This document shows positions 1-13,500 of a DNA stretch of 64,000 nt, piece after piece; position 1 is the first letter of the stretch; each line of letters starts with the position of its first letter. The notes beneath the pieces were generated by a model. The model worked only from the letters and a program-made list of their open reading frames with translations. It did no database searches and was not told where the DNA came from. Origin of the DNA: Azolla caroliniana (lineage: Eukaryota > Plantae > Polypodiophyta); the NCBI GenBank assembly GCA_043228905.1, contig JBHGNT010000001.1:15438001-15502000 (forward strand), read 5' to 3'. The position numbers and the translations under genes are program-made.

Positions 1-920
1 GAATCCAGACCTCCTATTGAATGCAATTAGGAATCTACCCATGAATGTGGATATGGTAAGGGAACTAAGTTGATGATTAAAATGTCAAAGTAATTTGGTC
101 TATTGTATTTGTCCATTTCACACATACTAATTTGAGGAGTCTAGGGGTGGAACAATGAATCTCTTTTCACTCAACATAATACCCTGGTCCAATCATCACA
201 AATCTATTTCCTTGGTATAGACGGAATTCCTACCTTCATTTGTCCAAGATTTTCCCAAAGATGGCCACAAAATGTTGATGATTAACGTCCCAAGTAATTT
301 GGTCTAGAGTATTCCTACCTTCATTTGTCCGAGCTTTTTCCAAAGATGTCGATGTTCAAGAAGATGTTTATTCACAAACAAGTTAACAACCCACATGCAC
401 CAAATTTGGAGTGATATAGACAGCATTATGACTACCAAGGAACCTATGACCTTGAAAAATATGCACAAATTTCAAACCATCATGCTATTTACACATCCTT
501 CATGCATTTAGGAGAGAAACAACCTATTCAAAGAGGTCCAATACCAATCTTCAACTTTCAAGTTGTAATTACCTTTTTATTCTTAATATGATGTCTCTAT
601 CTACATTACCTTGTTTATATCTTCAACTCTCTCAATTTACCTTATTCCTTCTTCATTTTCTCTTTCTCCTTTTCTTTTCCTACTTTCTCAGTTTCAACTA
701 GAATTTCCCTCTTATAGCGACAATTGCTATTACTCAACAAGAACAAAAGATCAAATGTTTGAAAAGCAAGTTCCTGACATTCGAACAACGCTTGTTAGGG
801 GATCTATAACCCATCACCATGGAGATTCAACAACATGAAGGTTTGACACAACCGGTGCAATAATTGAAATTAGCATTAAAACATTTTACAATAACAAGGA
901 GCTAGAACACAAGTTTGTGC

Positions 921-2030
921 AAAGGAGCCAAAGATTAGCCTTCCTTGAAAGTTTGATGTTGCAAGTTCCCAATATAAGGATTCTTGAATCATGTACGATT
1001 TTTCGTAATCTATATGCATCCTACTTGTTCCTTTATTGATGCAACTTGATTAAGTTTAGTAGGCACATGACTCAACTGGTCGACAATAGCATGGTTTATA
1101 CCATTGTTAGAAGAAGGGCCTCCATTGTTAAATGATTTTGGAGAATTCATTGAGGAATTCATAGCATGTATAGGGTTTAGGGTTTATGGAAACATGGATA
1201 ACATGAGAACAACCATCAACAAAATTCGAAGGTCTCCACAAGGAGAACGACTAGCTTTGATAAATGGAGAAGAATTCTATCTTCTTACTTGTGATATTTC
1301 TTGGCATGAATAAGTTGATCGTAATCTTAATAGGACTTAATCACTTATGAGAGACAAAAACATAGCAAGATACACAACAAAAACTATGTACAATGCACCA
1401 CAAATTTTTACATAGAAAACCCTCAAAGAGGTAAAACTACAGGACCTAGTCTGTATCCATGCAAACCTTATACACGAAAGCTCTATTTTAAACAAGTTAG
1501 AGTACTATGAGAAAGAAAGAAATGTGAGGTTTTCTCAACAACTAAACCCAACTAAAAGACACAAAAATAACCACAAAAAACTCACAACACATGGCTGATG
1601 ACGGAGGCGGCCATGTTTGAGATGTGGGCGTTTAATGGTGTAACGAAGAACGCTAAAGAAACGGGCCAAGAAAGTGAGTATGATCTATTTTTCTTCTGCT
1701 ACAGAAAAATGCGCGTTTTTTTTCTTTTAATTCACTCTCAAAAGTGAGTATAGATGTGTAACTACATGTAACTGTGATCCCTTTTCACACAATTTAAAAA
1801 TATAAGTTTTGGGCGTCCAAGGCCCATTTACACACTAAAAAATGTGGATAGAAAACCTAACATAAGCGTTAGTGGAACAACTTTAATATGGGCTACATAG
1901 TGGTGTTAAAGATCTTCTTCTCATTTTTCTTGAGGAGCCATGCTCATTGTCAATTGAGGTAAACTCGAGTAGTACGAATGTCAATAAACTTTCTAAGTGC
2001 CATTTAGAATGACTATAGTAAATGGCAAGA
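921..2030 (+). pseudogene. Degenerate chromovirus (Tcn1-like) gag remnant, split by a solo LTR
   Basis: Translations KEPKISLP*KFD, LLNDFGEFIEEF..MRTTINKIRR..FYLLTCDISWHE and, after the insertion, ALVEQL*YGLHSGVKDLLLIFLEEP align by eye with gag of elements B (14501-15094) and D (38476-39228). Confidence 0.75.
1316..1862. mobile_element. Solo LTR
   Basis: TG...CA ends (tgatcg...ctaaca). Near-perfect 5-bp TSD taagt (1311-1315) / taagc (1863-1867). The gag remnant reads through once it is removed. Confidence 0.7.
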
Positions 2031-3279
2031 TCAAGATCGATTGATGTGCCATATAGATGAACATAAGGAATTAAGATTATAAAGGAAGTGATTAAAGAGA
2101 GAGAAAAAGGCTTAAGCTCTAGCTTTTTATAGTTGCACCTTTATCATGTTCCTTATTTAACAGTATAACTTTATATATTATTACAATGTCACTCACTCTC
2201 TCAACATCTACAATGAGTCTTTTGAGAATTCCAAGACTCTAGCATGGAAGGTTGGATGTTCGTTCAATACTTTATGATTAGATAATATCATGAATTTTGT
2301 AGCTAATTAACATATCGAAGGGTAAAAGGTCACTTAAACACATGTCAACACAAAATCATGAATCATAACATCCAATAGCTAGTGGTATATGGTGGGCATG
2401 TCCATCATAATAGTGAGGTGCTCTTGCTCAAGCTAGGCCTCCATATCTAATGCATTATATATATCCATTGCAGAAACCTAAAGACAATCTAAATATGATC
2501 TATGGCATGGGTCAAGCCAATGATAAAGATCAAATTCCAATTCACTCAATTTTTATGGCATTTAATAGTATGGACCAAGCATAAGCTTGTGGAATGTTTG
2601 ACGAATTAATGCTCTTAGGAATGACACATTCAATATTGGGTGGGTTTATCCACATATCAATGAAACCTTAGGATGCTTCTAGGGTTCCTGAGAAAAGGAG
2701 GCAAGTTTTCCTTGTCAATTGGCGACCTTGTATGGTAGTATGTATGTGTGGGATTGTTTCTCCTACATTGTTCTTTGTGGCATTGCCAAGTATAGTTAGC
2801 AGAAAGTGTTGGTAAGATCTCATGAGGATTAGATGACGTTCCCCATGACCTATATAATTTATATCCCTCTTTAGTATAGAGAGAAAGCAAACCCAACGGT
2901 ACTTAGTGTTCTGAAACCATTCTAACCATTCTATATTTTCAGGGGCATCTAGTGAAGCAATTATATAATTAAATTTGAAATAGGGGTGCATGAGTTGGCA
3001 GGAATCACATTAGGCCCAATTTTGTAAACGATATTAGGGAGAGGATTGATGTGGTCCGAGACATGCGAGACATTCTCTATAGACATGGTTGTGAGCCATG
3101 TCTCTCACATACAAGTTTTGTTTACATCCTAATACTCATATGATCTGTCCTTTTGTACAAAAGACCAATAATTTATCAAAGGAATGACAGGTGTACTTGG
3201 GAGGGAGGGAGGGTGTGTGTATATATGGCTGACATTACCATTAAAGTTGACATAACTTCCAAGGAGGAGAATTATAGAG

Positions 3280-4106
3280 ATGGCCATGAAGCTCCTCCTC
3301 CTATCTGCCCTTCTCTACCTTATTATGTCCCTGAGCACCCCTGGATGGTTGCAGCCCATAATTTCGTACGGTGTCTCGGCACAATCGAGCGCGTCAACGT
3401 GCAACATTAGCCTCCAAACATTGCAAATATTTTGCGATCGTTTAACCAGTACCCTAAGCACATGTTGCCCTTTCTATGAATCTCAAGTCAATGATTACCC
3501 CGACTGCTATTGCTCCGTCAAGAGCCCTGAACTCATCCAACGTGCCTCCATCTGCTCCATTACGCTCCCCCAAAATCTCCCTTCATGCTTCCCACCAGGT
3601 ACATACATACATACATACATACATAACATACATACAGGAATCCTTTCATGAATCAAATAATCAGAGTCACTGTGCACACACTATAGTAGCTCAATGCACC
3701 CACCCCATTCATACCTCACGTGTCTGTCAAGTGGGCCATTTTTGAATTTCAATATTGATGATGAATGGATGCACGGTGCTGCTTCTATAATTCTACTGCT
3801 ACATACATGAATGATATTGCATATGTTCACTTGCAGAATGCATCCGATCTGCGATGTGAATATATTATGCATACTTGATGTCAAGGCACAAGATTTGAAG
3901 AATCAAAATACTAATGGGTGACTGCATGTGTGTACTTAAACTTTAGTTATTGTATATTTGCAGGATCACCCTCTTCACGATCTCCGCCTCCTCCATCTAA
4001 CAAATCAAGCCCAATTAGTGGCGTTGGTGTTAATTCTCTACCCTCATCTACACAAACTCTCCTCATCATGCTTGTAACTATACTACTCCTGGCCTCCTTC
4101 ATGTGA
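3280..4106 (+). CDS. GPI-anchored non-specific lipid transfer protein (LTPg / 8-cysteine motif); exons 3280-3598 and 3964-4106
   Basis: Signal peptide; C-C-CC-CYC-C-C eight-cysteine motif; phase-1 GT-AG intron 3599-3963 joins in frame to a Ser/Pro-rich linker and hydrophobic C-terminus (LLIMLVTILLLASFM) typical of a GPI signal. Confidence 0.9.
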
Positions 4107-6049
4107 AGGACGTCTTTCATTATATTTGTTGATGAAGATCTTGCAGTTTACATCTATACCAAAACACCTACGTAATAATCTACTTACACCACACAAGAAA
4201 ACATCTGCACCTAATCCCTTGCTGTGCAATATCTCCTGTAACATTCCACAATAATCATCAAATATGTCTCCATGAGTGTGTGTGTGTGGCTCAAGAACAA
4301 AATTACAATACTTTTTTGCATTCAACTTGTGGTGTTGCCCAAAGGGATGGAATAAAGATATTGGAACTAAGTCAATGATAAACGTCTCAAAGTAATTTGG
4401 TCTAAGCTACTGGGTTAGGCTTCATTTCTCCAAGATTAATCCTCCAAAAATGGCAACAAGGTTATTAGAGTGTTGACCTATTGATTAAGGCTAGAAAGCT
4501 GGACACGTATCTCCACATCAGGCCCCCAAAAGTGTTTGTAAGATTGTTGAGAGTCGGCCGAATGTATTTGTGTGTAGGTGTATTATGTATATATGTATGA
4601 GTTAGGTCAGTATACATAGACACAGTCGCATTAGCTGCGTATGTATGTGGGATAGCTTATTGAGGATATAACACTGAGAGAAGCGCGAAAGTGAGCATTG
4701 TAAGCAAGTGAACACAATAGTGAAGAGCGACAGAGACCTAACACAGTAGTGGTTGTGTGAGAAATATAGCTCTGTAGCTGAGCGTGAGAGGAAGCTAGAA
4801 AAGAAAGGTGAAACAAAGAAGAGAAGAGAGATAAAACAGCTCTGAAAGCTTCAAATGATGTAAACACCAACGAGTTAGGGTTTGGAGTCGTCAGCTGAAA
4901 TTGTGGTTTCAGACAACAACATGGGAGTATGTACATGCATACTCAATTAGGTTCTATCATTCTATGCTTACATTTTTCTCTCTCTCATAGTGGAAATCAT
5001 TGTTCACTGTGGTTTTTTCCACGTAAAATTGTGTGTTCCTTGTTTCGTTTGCTTGTGTCTCAATATATCTGCGATCTTACGTCTGAGTGCAAAATCCATC
5101 AAAAACAGCTCAAATACACCAAATTTTGAGAATATGGGGAATGTTTGATTACAAAAGAGGAATTGTCCATTTCTCAAACCCATGTGAATGTTTCAACAAG
5201 TCTCTCCGTTCACACACAAGAAGTCACGTCTAGGACGTCCATATCTACATCTGTAGCTAGCCTAACAACCTAGGAGCACCCATATGTGCACATTCACAAA
5301 GGGATGCAATTGCCTTTGTGATACAAGGTTCCTAATGATTCACATGCTTTTTAGGTGAGGCTATTTTTACTCATTCAATTCATTGGCTTTCTCACATATC
5401 ATAGGAAACTCATTCATACACATCTGCACATGTATATCATGCCCATGGATTCTAATTGTAGTCATTCATGCATTCTAATCCTACTTTTAGGATATGTGAA
5501 TATTGTGATATCAATCTCATGAACAAAGAAGATAAATTAGAAAAGAACATACAATGCATCTTGATAGGAATGGAACCTTGCACATCTACATATGGACAGA
5601 ACTTGGGAAAATTTTGAGCACCGAAAAGTTTACAAAACGATACATTAGGTATTTGTATGCATGTAGTGAAAGATCTACGTTATATGTGTATGCATATATG
5701 TAGGTTGGTATGTATGTGCATTTCAATAAAGGTACTACTTGCAATTTGAAAGAATTGTGTGGTCGAGTGCTGTAAGAATATGGGTGCATCAAGATGAAGG
5801 CATGCTGAAAACCAGCTCCTTGTATAAATCTATCTCATGTATGTATTCTACGTGTATGCAGACATAAATTACCTACATACATTGGTAGATACCACATAAA
5901 TAAGAATGTTGATTTTTCTATGCTATGTAAACACGAGGAATCAATTTGATTCATCTCCTTGTTATTATTGATGGTGTGTTGGGACGAAAGTTTTTGTGCG
6001 AAGATGTGCATGATTAGAATTAGAATTAGAATTTTTCACCCATATAGAG

Positions 6050-6680
6050 GCCTCTGCTGCTTTTCTAAGGAGATCTGTTGAAGATCCCCCAACAACCGTT
6101 TATTTTCTTGTTCCATTGCAACTCTGGGAAAACGGAATGACATTCTTGAGCGCTAACAGTGGCCATAGTATGAGAGAAAAGAGGAATAAGATATTACTAT
6201 GAAGGGAGGTAGAAGTAAGAAGATAAAGGATGAGAAGGAAGGAGAGGCAAAATCGGTTCAAATTGTCAACAGCAATACTAAGACAGAGAAGTACTGTCAG
6301 GAATAGTACTAAAACAGAGAAGGAATTAGTACTAAAAGATGAGAATTAGTACTAAGGGAAGTGTAGAACTCTTGAGAGAAGAAGAGAGAGAGAGAGTGAG
6401 AGAGAGAATGAGGATAACAAAAGATATATATTGTGTTAAGGGAATATACAATAGTAGCTAGGAGGCTTAAGACTGACGTTGAACTGATTTGGTTCGAAAT
6501 AATGCCTTGTGCCTCCTTTTATAGTGTTCGCAAGAGTACTCCTGAAGTTTCTAGAATGTTCCAGAGAAATCTGGAATATACATCAATTTTCTATAGTAAA
6601 ATTTAAATGAAAATAATATCCTTCATATTACAATACATAGCCTAATCGTAAGAGCTCAACTCATGTAACATAAGGTAAGG
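6050..6680 (-). mobile_element. Fragment of the chromovirus D family (gag 5' end, PBS region, truncated 5' LTR)
   Basis: ttcttgagcgctaacagtggccatag matches the D gag start (~39205-39230). The sequence from 6295 (tgtcaggaatagtact...) matches the D LTR (39301-39705) but stops short of its end. Confidence 0.75.
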
Positions 6681-6696
6681 TAATACATGATCCTTT

Positions 6697-8060
6697 TATG
6701 CCACCATGTCGTCGATCCTTCTAGTGACATGCCGAATTCCATGATCTTCGACCGTCCGACTTCCTCTTCCCTTAATCGCTGCGAAACATGGTTTGCATCC
6801 CATGTCTGCAGAAAGGCATATACATGCGCTTCCGCACCTGGTTCATCCCTATATTTGGGGTATGGGTATGGCATAGTGTCGTTGTCTGTAGCCCGTACCG
6901 GTTCGTGTACCAGTGGTGTCGGTGGGTAGTCGTTTCCTCCTTCGGCCATTGTTCTGGTGGTGTCAGTGCACAATTCTTTTCTTCTTCTGGTTGTTGTTCC
7001 GGATTCACTTCTTGTGTCGCTGGTGTCAGTATCATAGTTTCTGACTCCGGTGTCAACGTGTGTTCGGATCCGTCTTCCTCTGCCTCATCAGGAGTGTCAT
7101 GATTGGATCGGTAATTGGAGTGAACGCTCTGTCCGTTGTCCGACTTCGACTCGAACGTTGAGAACGCTTCTCAGTCTCTGACGCTTGTTGCTAGCTTCTG
7201 CAATAGCTACTCGGCTTCAAGCAGACTAGTAAGGCCGCTTCCTTCATCTGATTGTAGTTGGTTTTATAACCGGACTGTTTTCTTCGCGACCTACTAGAGC
7301 ACTCTTGGAAAAGATCGATCCCGCCCGATCTCTTCAACCGCTTGGTGGTACTCTTCCTACCTCAGCAATCATTTGACTAATCTTCTCGCTCACTCGGCCA
7401 CTGGGTCGTTCGTCTGCCTAGACATCCATTCCCCGTTGTTCACTACTCTATGCACTGTTTTGGTCGTCAAAATAGTGTTGTAGGTTTTAGGGTTCGGGTT
7501 AATGATAATGGTGATAAAGATGGAAATGGTGGGTTTGAGGATTAGCATTGCAAGATTGATGATGACATTGAGAATGATGAGGATGGAAATGATGATGATG
7601 TTGAGAATCATTGCGGGGTGGGGGGTGGTGCCTAGAATGGTTCCACCCCCCTCCCAAGGGGGTTCACCGTGAGAGAGGAGGAAGAGAGATAAATGTGTCA
7701 AAGAGAGAGAGAGAGAGATTGAGAGAGAACTATTCATTGTTCATTCATTCCCCATAAGGGGTTAAATAATTACAAAAGGGTAGATACACAGGGGTGAAAG
7801 CCCCCTTGTCCATTCACACTAATCACTCACTCACACCTCTTCGTATATGTCCACATGCACACACCCATGTGTGCATGTGTTCACATGTATAGACTCATGC
7901 TTACAATTATACTTGTGCACATTTACTCATACACATCAACAACATTATAGCATTCGACCCTCGCTTATCACACTCTACTCTCTATACATCTCGTACGGTA
8001 ACACATTATGGCACGTTCGTGCAAAAGTGCCTTGCACTTCGAACCCACATGCCTTGATCA
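6697..8060 (-). mobile_element. Degenerate Gypsy related to element C: gag fragment, PBS, LTR 7476-8003, then the C-type 3' internal motif
   Basis: ORF 6656-6973 contains TMPYPYPKYRDEPGAEAHVYAFLQTWDANHVSQRL, nearly identical to C gag. PBS-like tggtcgtcaaaatag next to tgttg at 7476. LTR ends ...gtaaca at 8003. Confidence 0.75.
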
Positions 8061-10513
8061 CTATTTGTATCATTCTAGGCATCACCCCCAAGCCCACATT
8101 GATTCTCAAAATTGTCACCATTTCCATCTTCATCACTGTCAATGTCATCATCAATCTTGCAATGCTAATCCTTAGACCAACCATTTCCATCTTCATCACC
8201 ATTATCATTAACCCTAACCCTAAAACCTACAACACTATTTTGGCGACCACAACGGTGAACCCCCTTTGAAGAAGAAGTCCAAGAAGAATCCATGGTGGCA
8301 CAATGTGCGAGAAATGGCAGAAATGTCCAAATGACGGTAATGATGTGCGAGAGGAAATTGCGGAATGAGAAATTGCGAAAGTATGTGAGAGCAAACGAGA
8401 AATGGGAACGACGACATATGTTCGCGAGTGCAAGAAATGATGATGCTATGCAAGTGTGCGAGAATGGAAACAACGTTCGTGCGAGGGTCCGGATAGTGAC
8501 AATGTCAGTGTTTCCAAAAGCGTGGTGCAAGATGGATGGCCGGACAAATAGCAATGGAGAAGGAACCTGCAAAGAAACTCCAGATACAAGTAACAGAGAG
8601 GGAACTAGTGCCAGCACGACCGGAAAGAGAAGCCCATTAGGAGACTGTGGAGGAAGAAGCAGTGTGTGAAGGTGAGGCCGGTAGAAAATGTTGAGAATGC
8701 ACAAGAGATGATTCCCGAAGCGAGGTGGAGATAGCTGAGACTAGAATCGGGAAAAGATAGCCAGCAGGAAGGGCAAAAGCAAACGAAGAAGTAGACGGAA
8801 ACGTAGACGAGACATCGACGACCAGAAAAATAGACAACCTCGGAAAGACATAGATGGCTGCACCAGACATGGAGGACCGCAAGGACACTATTGAAACCGA
8901 CTGGAAGGACACGGTCAAACCAGAAAAATAAAAGACACAACCAAACCGGATCGAGGCCACCAGCCAAGCTGGACCGCACAAGCATGGACAAAGTCGAATG
9001 GACGGGCCAAAGGGACGTAGACCGACTGAAACGACACATACAAAAAGTGACCAGCTCAAAACTCCGGCACAAGAAGCTCTTAATCACAGACAAAGAAACC
9101 ACCATGCCAACTAAAATCTTTGCATAACTACGAGCCTAGTTATTGGACCATAGCTTAGGCGGATACGCCAAGGTTTTTGATGGAAATCGCCTGTGTGCAC
9201 CCCAAGACCTATGGGATGCCAAAGAGCAAAGCCAACTTCATCATCGCGATATACGAAGGGAAAAAGTCAAAGTGGGGATCCTTGATAGGAGACGCCCTAA
9301 GAGCAAGCATTCTTGCCTTGTAGACCAGCAAGAAGGCATTGTTGGTCGTCCTTTACTACCTGTCGGTACTATATCCACCTTGCATGGCCCTGCAAACCTC
9401 TGAAACCCACTAGATCATTGGCAATGCAAATGTATCTTGGGAAGAAGTAGCAATTACTGGGCCTGCTGCAAGTCAAATGGCAAGAAGAGGATGCCTCGGG
9501 GCAAGATTAACATGAGTCCTCAGCCTAATAGAAGGGATCTGTCAGGGAACCACAACCGACCAACGCCAAACTAGCAACTTCGGTGAGGGAGTCGAAACCA
9601 GAAGATGTCGTCGCTCTCCCAAAGGAGTCACAAAAACGGGTAGGGAGTGCCGCCAACAACTTTACCATTCAGAGGTGAGTAGAGAAGAGATGAGTGGAAT
9701 CGATTGAGGAAAACATCCAACCAAAGAAGAGGTGGCTAGACATGAAGATGTTAAGATTACCTGCTTACACCACAAATGATAAACACAAAATATCATTTAT
9801 GAGGATTGTAAATGATTACTTGCGGAAGCGTTAGAAAACTAAGAAATTAGGGAATACACAGAGTACATGGGAGAGACAGAGAGAGCAGAACTTCAAGGCT
9901 ATATTCAAAAGCGATAAAAACACTTTGTGTTTAGAACTATGCTTTGTAGCATTATTTATACAAGTCCTCGTGGGATTGACAGAAGTACCGCATACTTCAA
10001 TGCTCACACGAGCATCTGACACTTACTACAAGACTATAATTGCCTGGTAGTCTACACTAATACTTGTCAAGACTGAGAGAGAGAAAGAGAGAGAAAAAGA
10101 GATAGAGAGATAATTGAAAGAGAATTATTATATTGAAGCGTAAAATGGATTACAAAGAGTAGGCTACAAAATGGCGTTGAACCAATTTAGGTTTGGGATG
10201 GGTGGTAGATCCCTATTTATAAGTAATAGAGAACACTCTAGAATATTCTAGGTTATCCTAGAATGTAGAGTAATCTAGAAGATCTCTAGAGTATTCTAGA
10301 AGGTTCTAGTGGTATAGAACACTCTAGAATATTCTAGGTCATTCTAGAATGTAGAGTAATATAGAATATTCCTATGATATTAGATTTCATATTCTAGAGA
10401 CTATACATATAAGAATATTAATACAATGGTTAAGGATTTGACATGTGTACAACAAGGTCGTGGGTTCAAATCCTTTCGTGTCATGATCTTTTCAATGCAT
10501 GACGTGACTGTTA

Positions 10514-13500
10514 TCATGACACTATCCCCCTTCTTCGACGACACGTCTCACGGGTCGTAGGGTTTGTATTAGGACCTGGTTTACAAGGATATTGGCGATG
10601 AAATGCATTGACGAGTTCTGCAGCATTGGAAAGATTTGTGGCAGGTTCCCAAGTTCGATCATTGGGGGTATAGCCTAGCCAATCGACTAAGTAATACAAC
10701 TTGTTGCGCACGATTTTAGAATCGAGAACGGCAGCAACTTCAAATTCAGGCCCATCCAAGAACTCGACAGGTGGTGGGGGTGTCGTAAGACAGCCCGGAA
10801 TTGAACTTGTAGTATAAGGTTCCAAAAGGGATACATGAAACACCGGATGAAGATGCATGTGCGGAGGGAGGTCAAGACGAAATGCAACATCACTTATCTT
10901 ACCAGTCATCATGTAAGGGCCAAAACGTTGGTAATCGAATTTACTACAAGGCCGAGTAGTCTTGATGTTGTGTTGGAGAAGCCATACATGATCCCCAATG
11001 CGGAACTTTTTTGAGGATTCTAGACGATGACGATCGGCAAGCCTCTTGTGTGTAAATTGAGCATCGTGCAAATTCTGGAGAATGTTAGCTTGATTTTCTT
11101 GGAGGCGACTAAGACGATCCTCGGGAGCAGGGTTGGTAGGAACTTCTGGATGCGCATTCATCGTCCACCGAGGATGACAGCCTGTATTTGCGAAAAATGG
11201 GGAATATCCTGTAGAAGAATGGGCTGAGTTGTTGTAAGCGAATTCTGCCAAGTGCAAAAAAGCAACCCAATCATCTTGTTGATAGTTGATGAAACAACGA
11301 AGATATTGTTCCAATGTCTGGTTGGTACGCTCTGTTTGGCCATTTGTTTCAGGATGATTGCCCGAAGAAAGCTTAACTGAAATGTGGAGAAGTTTGAACA
11401 AGTGCTTCCAAAACTTTGAGATGAATTGTGGACCACGATCACTAATAATATCATCCGGCAGACCATGATGCTTAAATACCTCCCGCATAATGAGATCAGC
11501 CGTCTCTTGACTAGTAATCGACTTTGGACATGGCAAGAAATGTGCCATTTTGGTAAATCGATCAACTACTGTGAGAATTCCATCAAAACCTTTTGAAACT
11601 GGGATATCAGTAATGAAGTCCAAGGATATAGACTTCCAAGGCGTTTCCGGAATGGGAAGTGGTTGTAGTAAGCCATAGGGTCGGTGACGAGGATTCTTTG
11701 ATCGACAACATATATCACAACTCTGAACATACTCCTCAACAAAATGATGAAGGCGAGGCCACCAATAGCGTCGAGAAATTAATTCTAGAGTCTTGTGAAC
11801 TCCAAAATGACCAGCCATTGGTGAGTCATGGCAATGTTGCAAAACTTGTAGCCGTGGGGGACCATCAGGAACATACAATAAATTTTGTCGAAATAGAAAA
11901 CCATCATGCCAATAGAACTGACAATAGTCATTATGAGGATTTTTCGACTGTGAGCAAGAAGCACGATCCAGGACGATATGATCCAAAACATCCTTGGCGA
12001 AATCATCAGTGGCCATATGATCTCGAATGGAATGAAGAAGAGTGGAATTTTCAAGAGTTGTTATGGCGTTAACTACCATTAATCGTAATCGATTAGGACC
12101 CAAAAGGATTTGTTTTTGATGCTCAAATGCAGGTTCTCCTGGACGAAGTTCCATATAAGAGCGCCGAGAAAGAGCATCTGCTTTACCTTGCTGCATCCTA
12201 GGGATCGCGATATATGATGATAAAGTCGAAGTGAGTCAAAAATTGCGCCCACCGGGCTTGTCGCCGACTCAAGACTCGAGCATTTTGGAAATAAGTTAGG
12301 TTCTTATGATCATTGTAGACAATGATCTGCTGAGAAGAACCTTCTAGGAAATGTCGCCATTGTTGAAACGAATCCACGATTGCAAGAAGCTCTTTGTCAT
12401 GGATCTGGTAGTTGATCTCTGCAGCTTCAAACTTTCGTGAATGAAAGGCGACAGGGTGTAGTTGTCCATCATCTCCAGTCTGCGAGAGGACACTCCCTAG
12501 TGCAAAATCGGATGCATCGGCTTCGAGGATGAAGCGTTTTGTTGGGTCGACATGTGCTAAGATAGGTTCCGTTGTAAATGCTCGTTTTAAGCTTTCGAAT
12601 GCCTCGGCTGCATCTGAACTCCATATAAATGGTTGATCTTTATGTGTGAGCTGAGTAGGCGGAAGCACAACCTTCGAATAATCTTTAATAAATTTTCGAT
12701 AAAAATTTGCAAACCCGAGAAAACATTGCACATCACGCACTGAAAGGGGCGTTTGCCACTCTAAAATTGCTTGTACCTTCATGGGGTCCATAGCAATACC
12801 ATTTGACGATACAACATACCCCAAAAATTCCACTTGATTCTGGTCGAAACTACACTTTTCTAATTTTGCGTAGAGACCATATTCTCAGAGTCGGCGCAAT
12901 ACTTGACGAACATGTTCATCATGCTCCTCTTAGGTCTTTGAGTAGATTAAAATATCATCTAGGTAAACTATAGTGAAGATATCAAGAAAATCTCGAAAAA
13001 TATCGTTCAACATATGTTGGAAAACAGCAGGTGCATTCGTGAGACCAAATGGCATCACTGTATACTCAAAATGTCCATAGCGAGTGCGGAAAGCTGTCTT
13101 CCATTCATCCCCCGGGCGAATCCGAACTAGATTATGTGCTCCGCGAAGGTCCAACTTCGTGAAATATTTTGCACTACTGAGACGTTCCAAAAGATTCGGG
13201 ATTAATGGTAGAGCATATCTATTTCGGATAGTCACTTTGTTTAGCCCTCGATAATCCACGACCAACCGAAGAGTCCCATTCTTCTTCTTAACGAAGAAGA
13301 TAGGTGCACCAGCAGGGGATCTAGAATGCCGAATGAATCCGTTTGCCAGATTCTCATCAATATATTCCCGCAAAGTCTCTAGCTCTACAGGGGAGAGATT
13401 ATAAATTGGGCCCCATGGAGGTTCTTTCCCTGGTTGTAAGTCAATAGGGCAGTCGTATGGCCGATGCTCCGGCAATGTATTGGCCTTCACCTTATCAAAG

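Noticed and set aside
2657-2991. Minus-strand ORFs upstream of the LTPg gene
   Set aside because: No recognisable family; likely decayed repeat sequence.
4471-5120. LTR-like segment starting tgttga
   Set aside because: Composition is LTR-like, but I could not find a matching end or TSD.
8250-9748. Overlapping ORFs after the + strand PBS at ~8240
   Set aside because: Low-complexity, probably degenerate TE internal sequence; no domain could be recognised.
10225-10400. Dense TCTAGA-containing repeats resembling an array
   Set aside because: Internal U3 sub-repeats of the element B LTR, identical in both LTRs; no CRISPR-like repeat-spacer structure.
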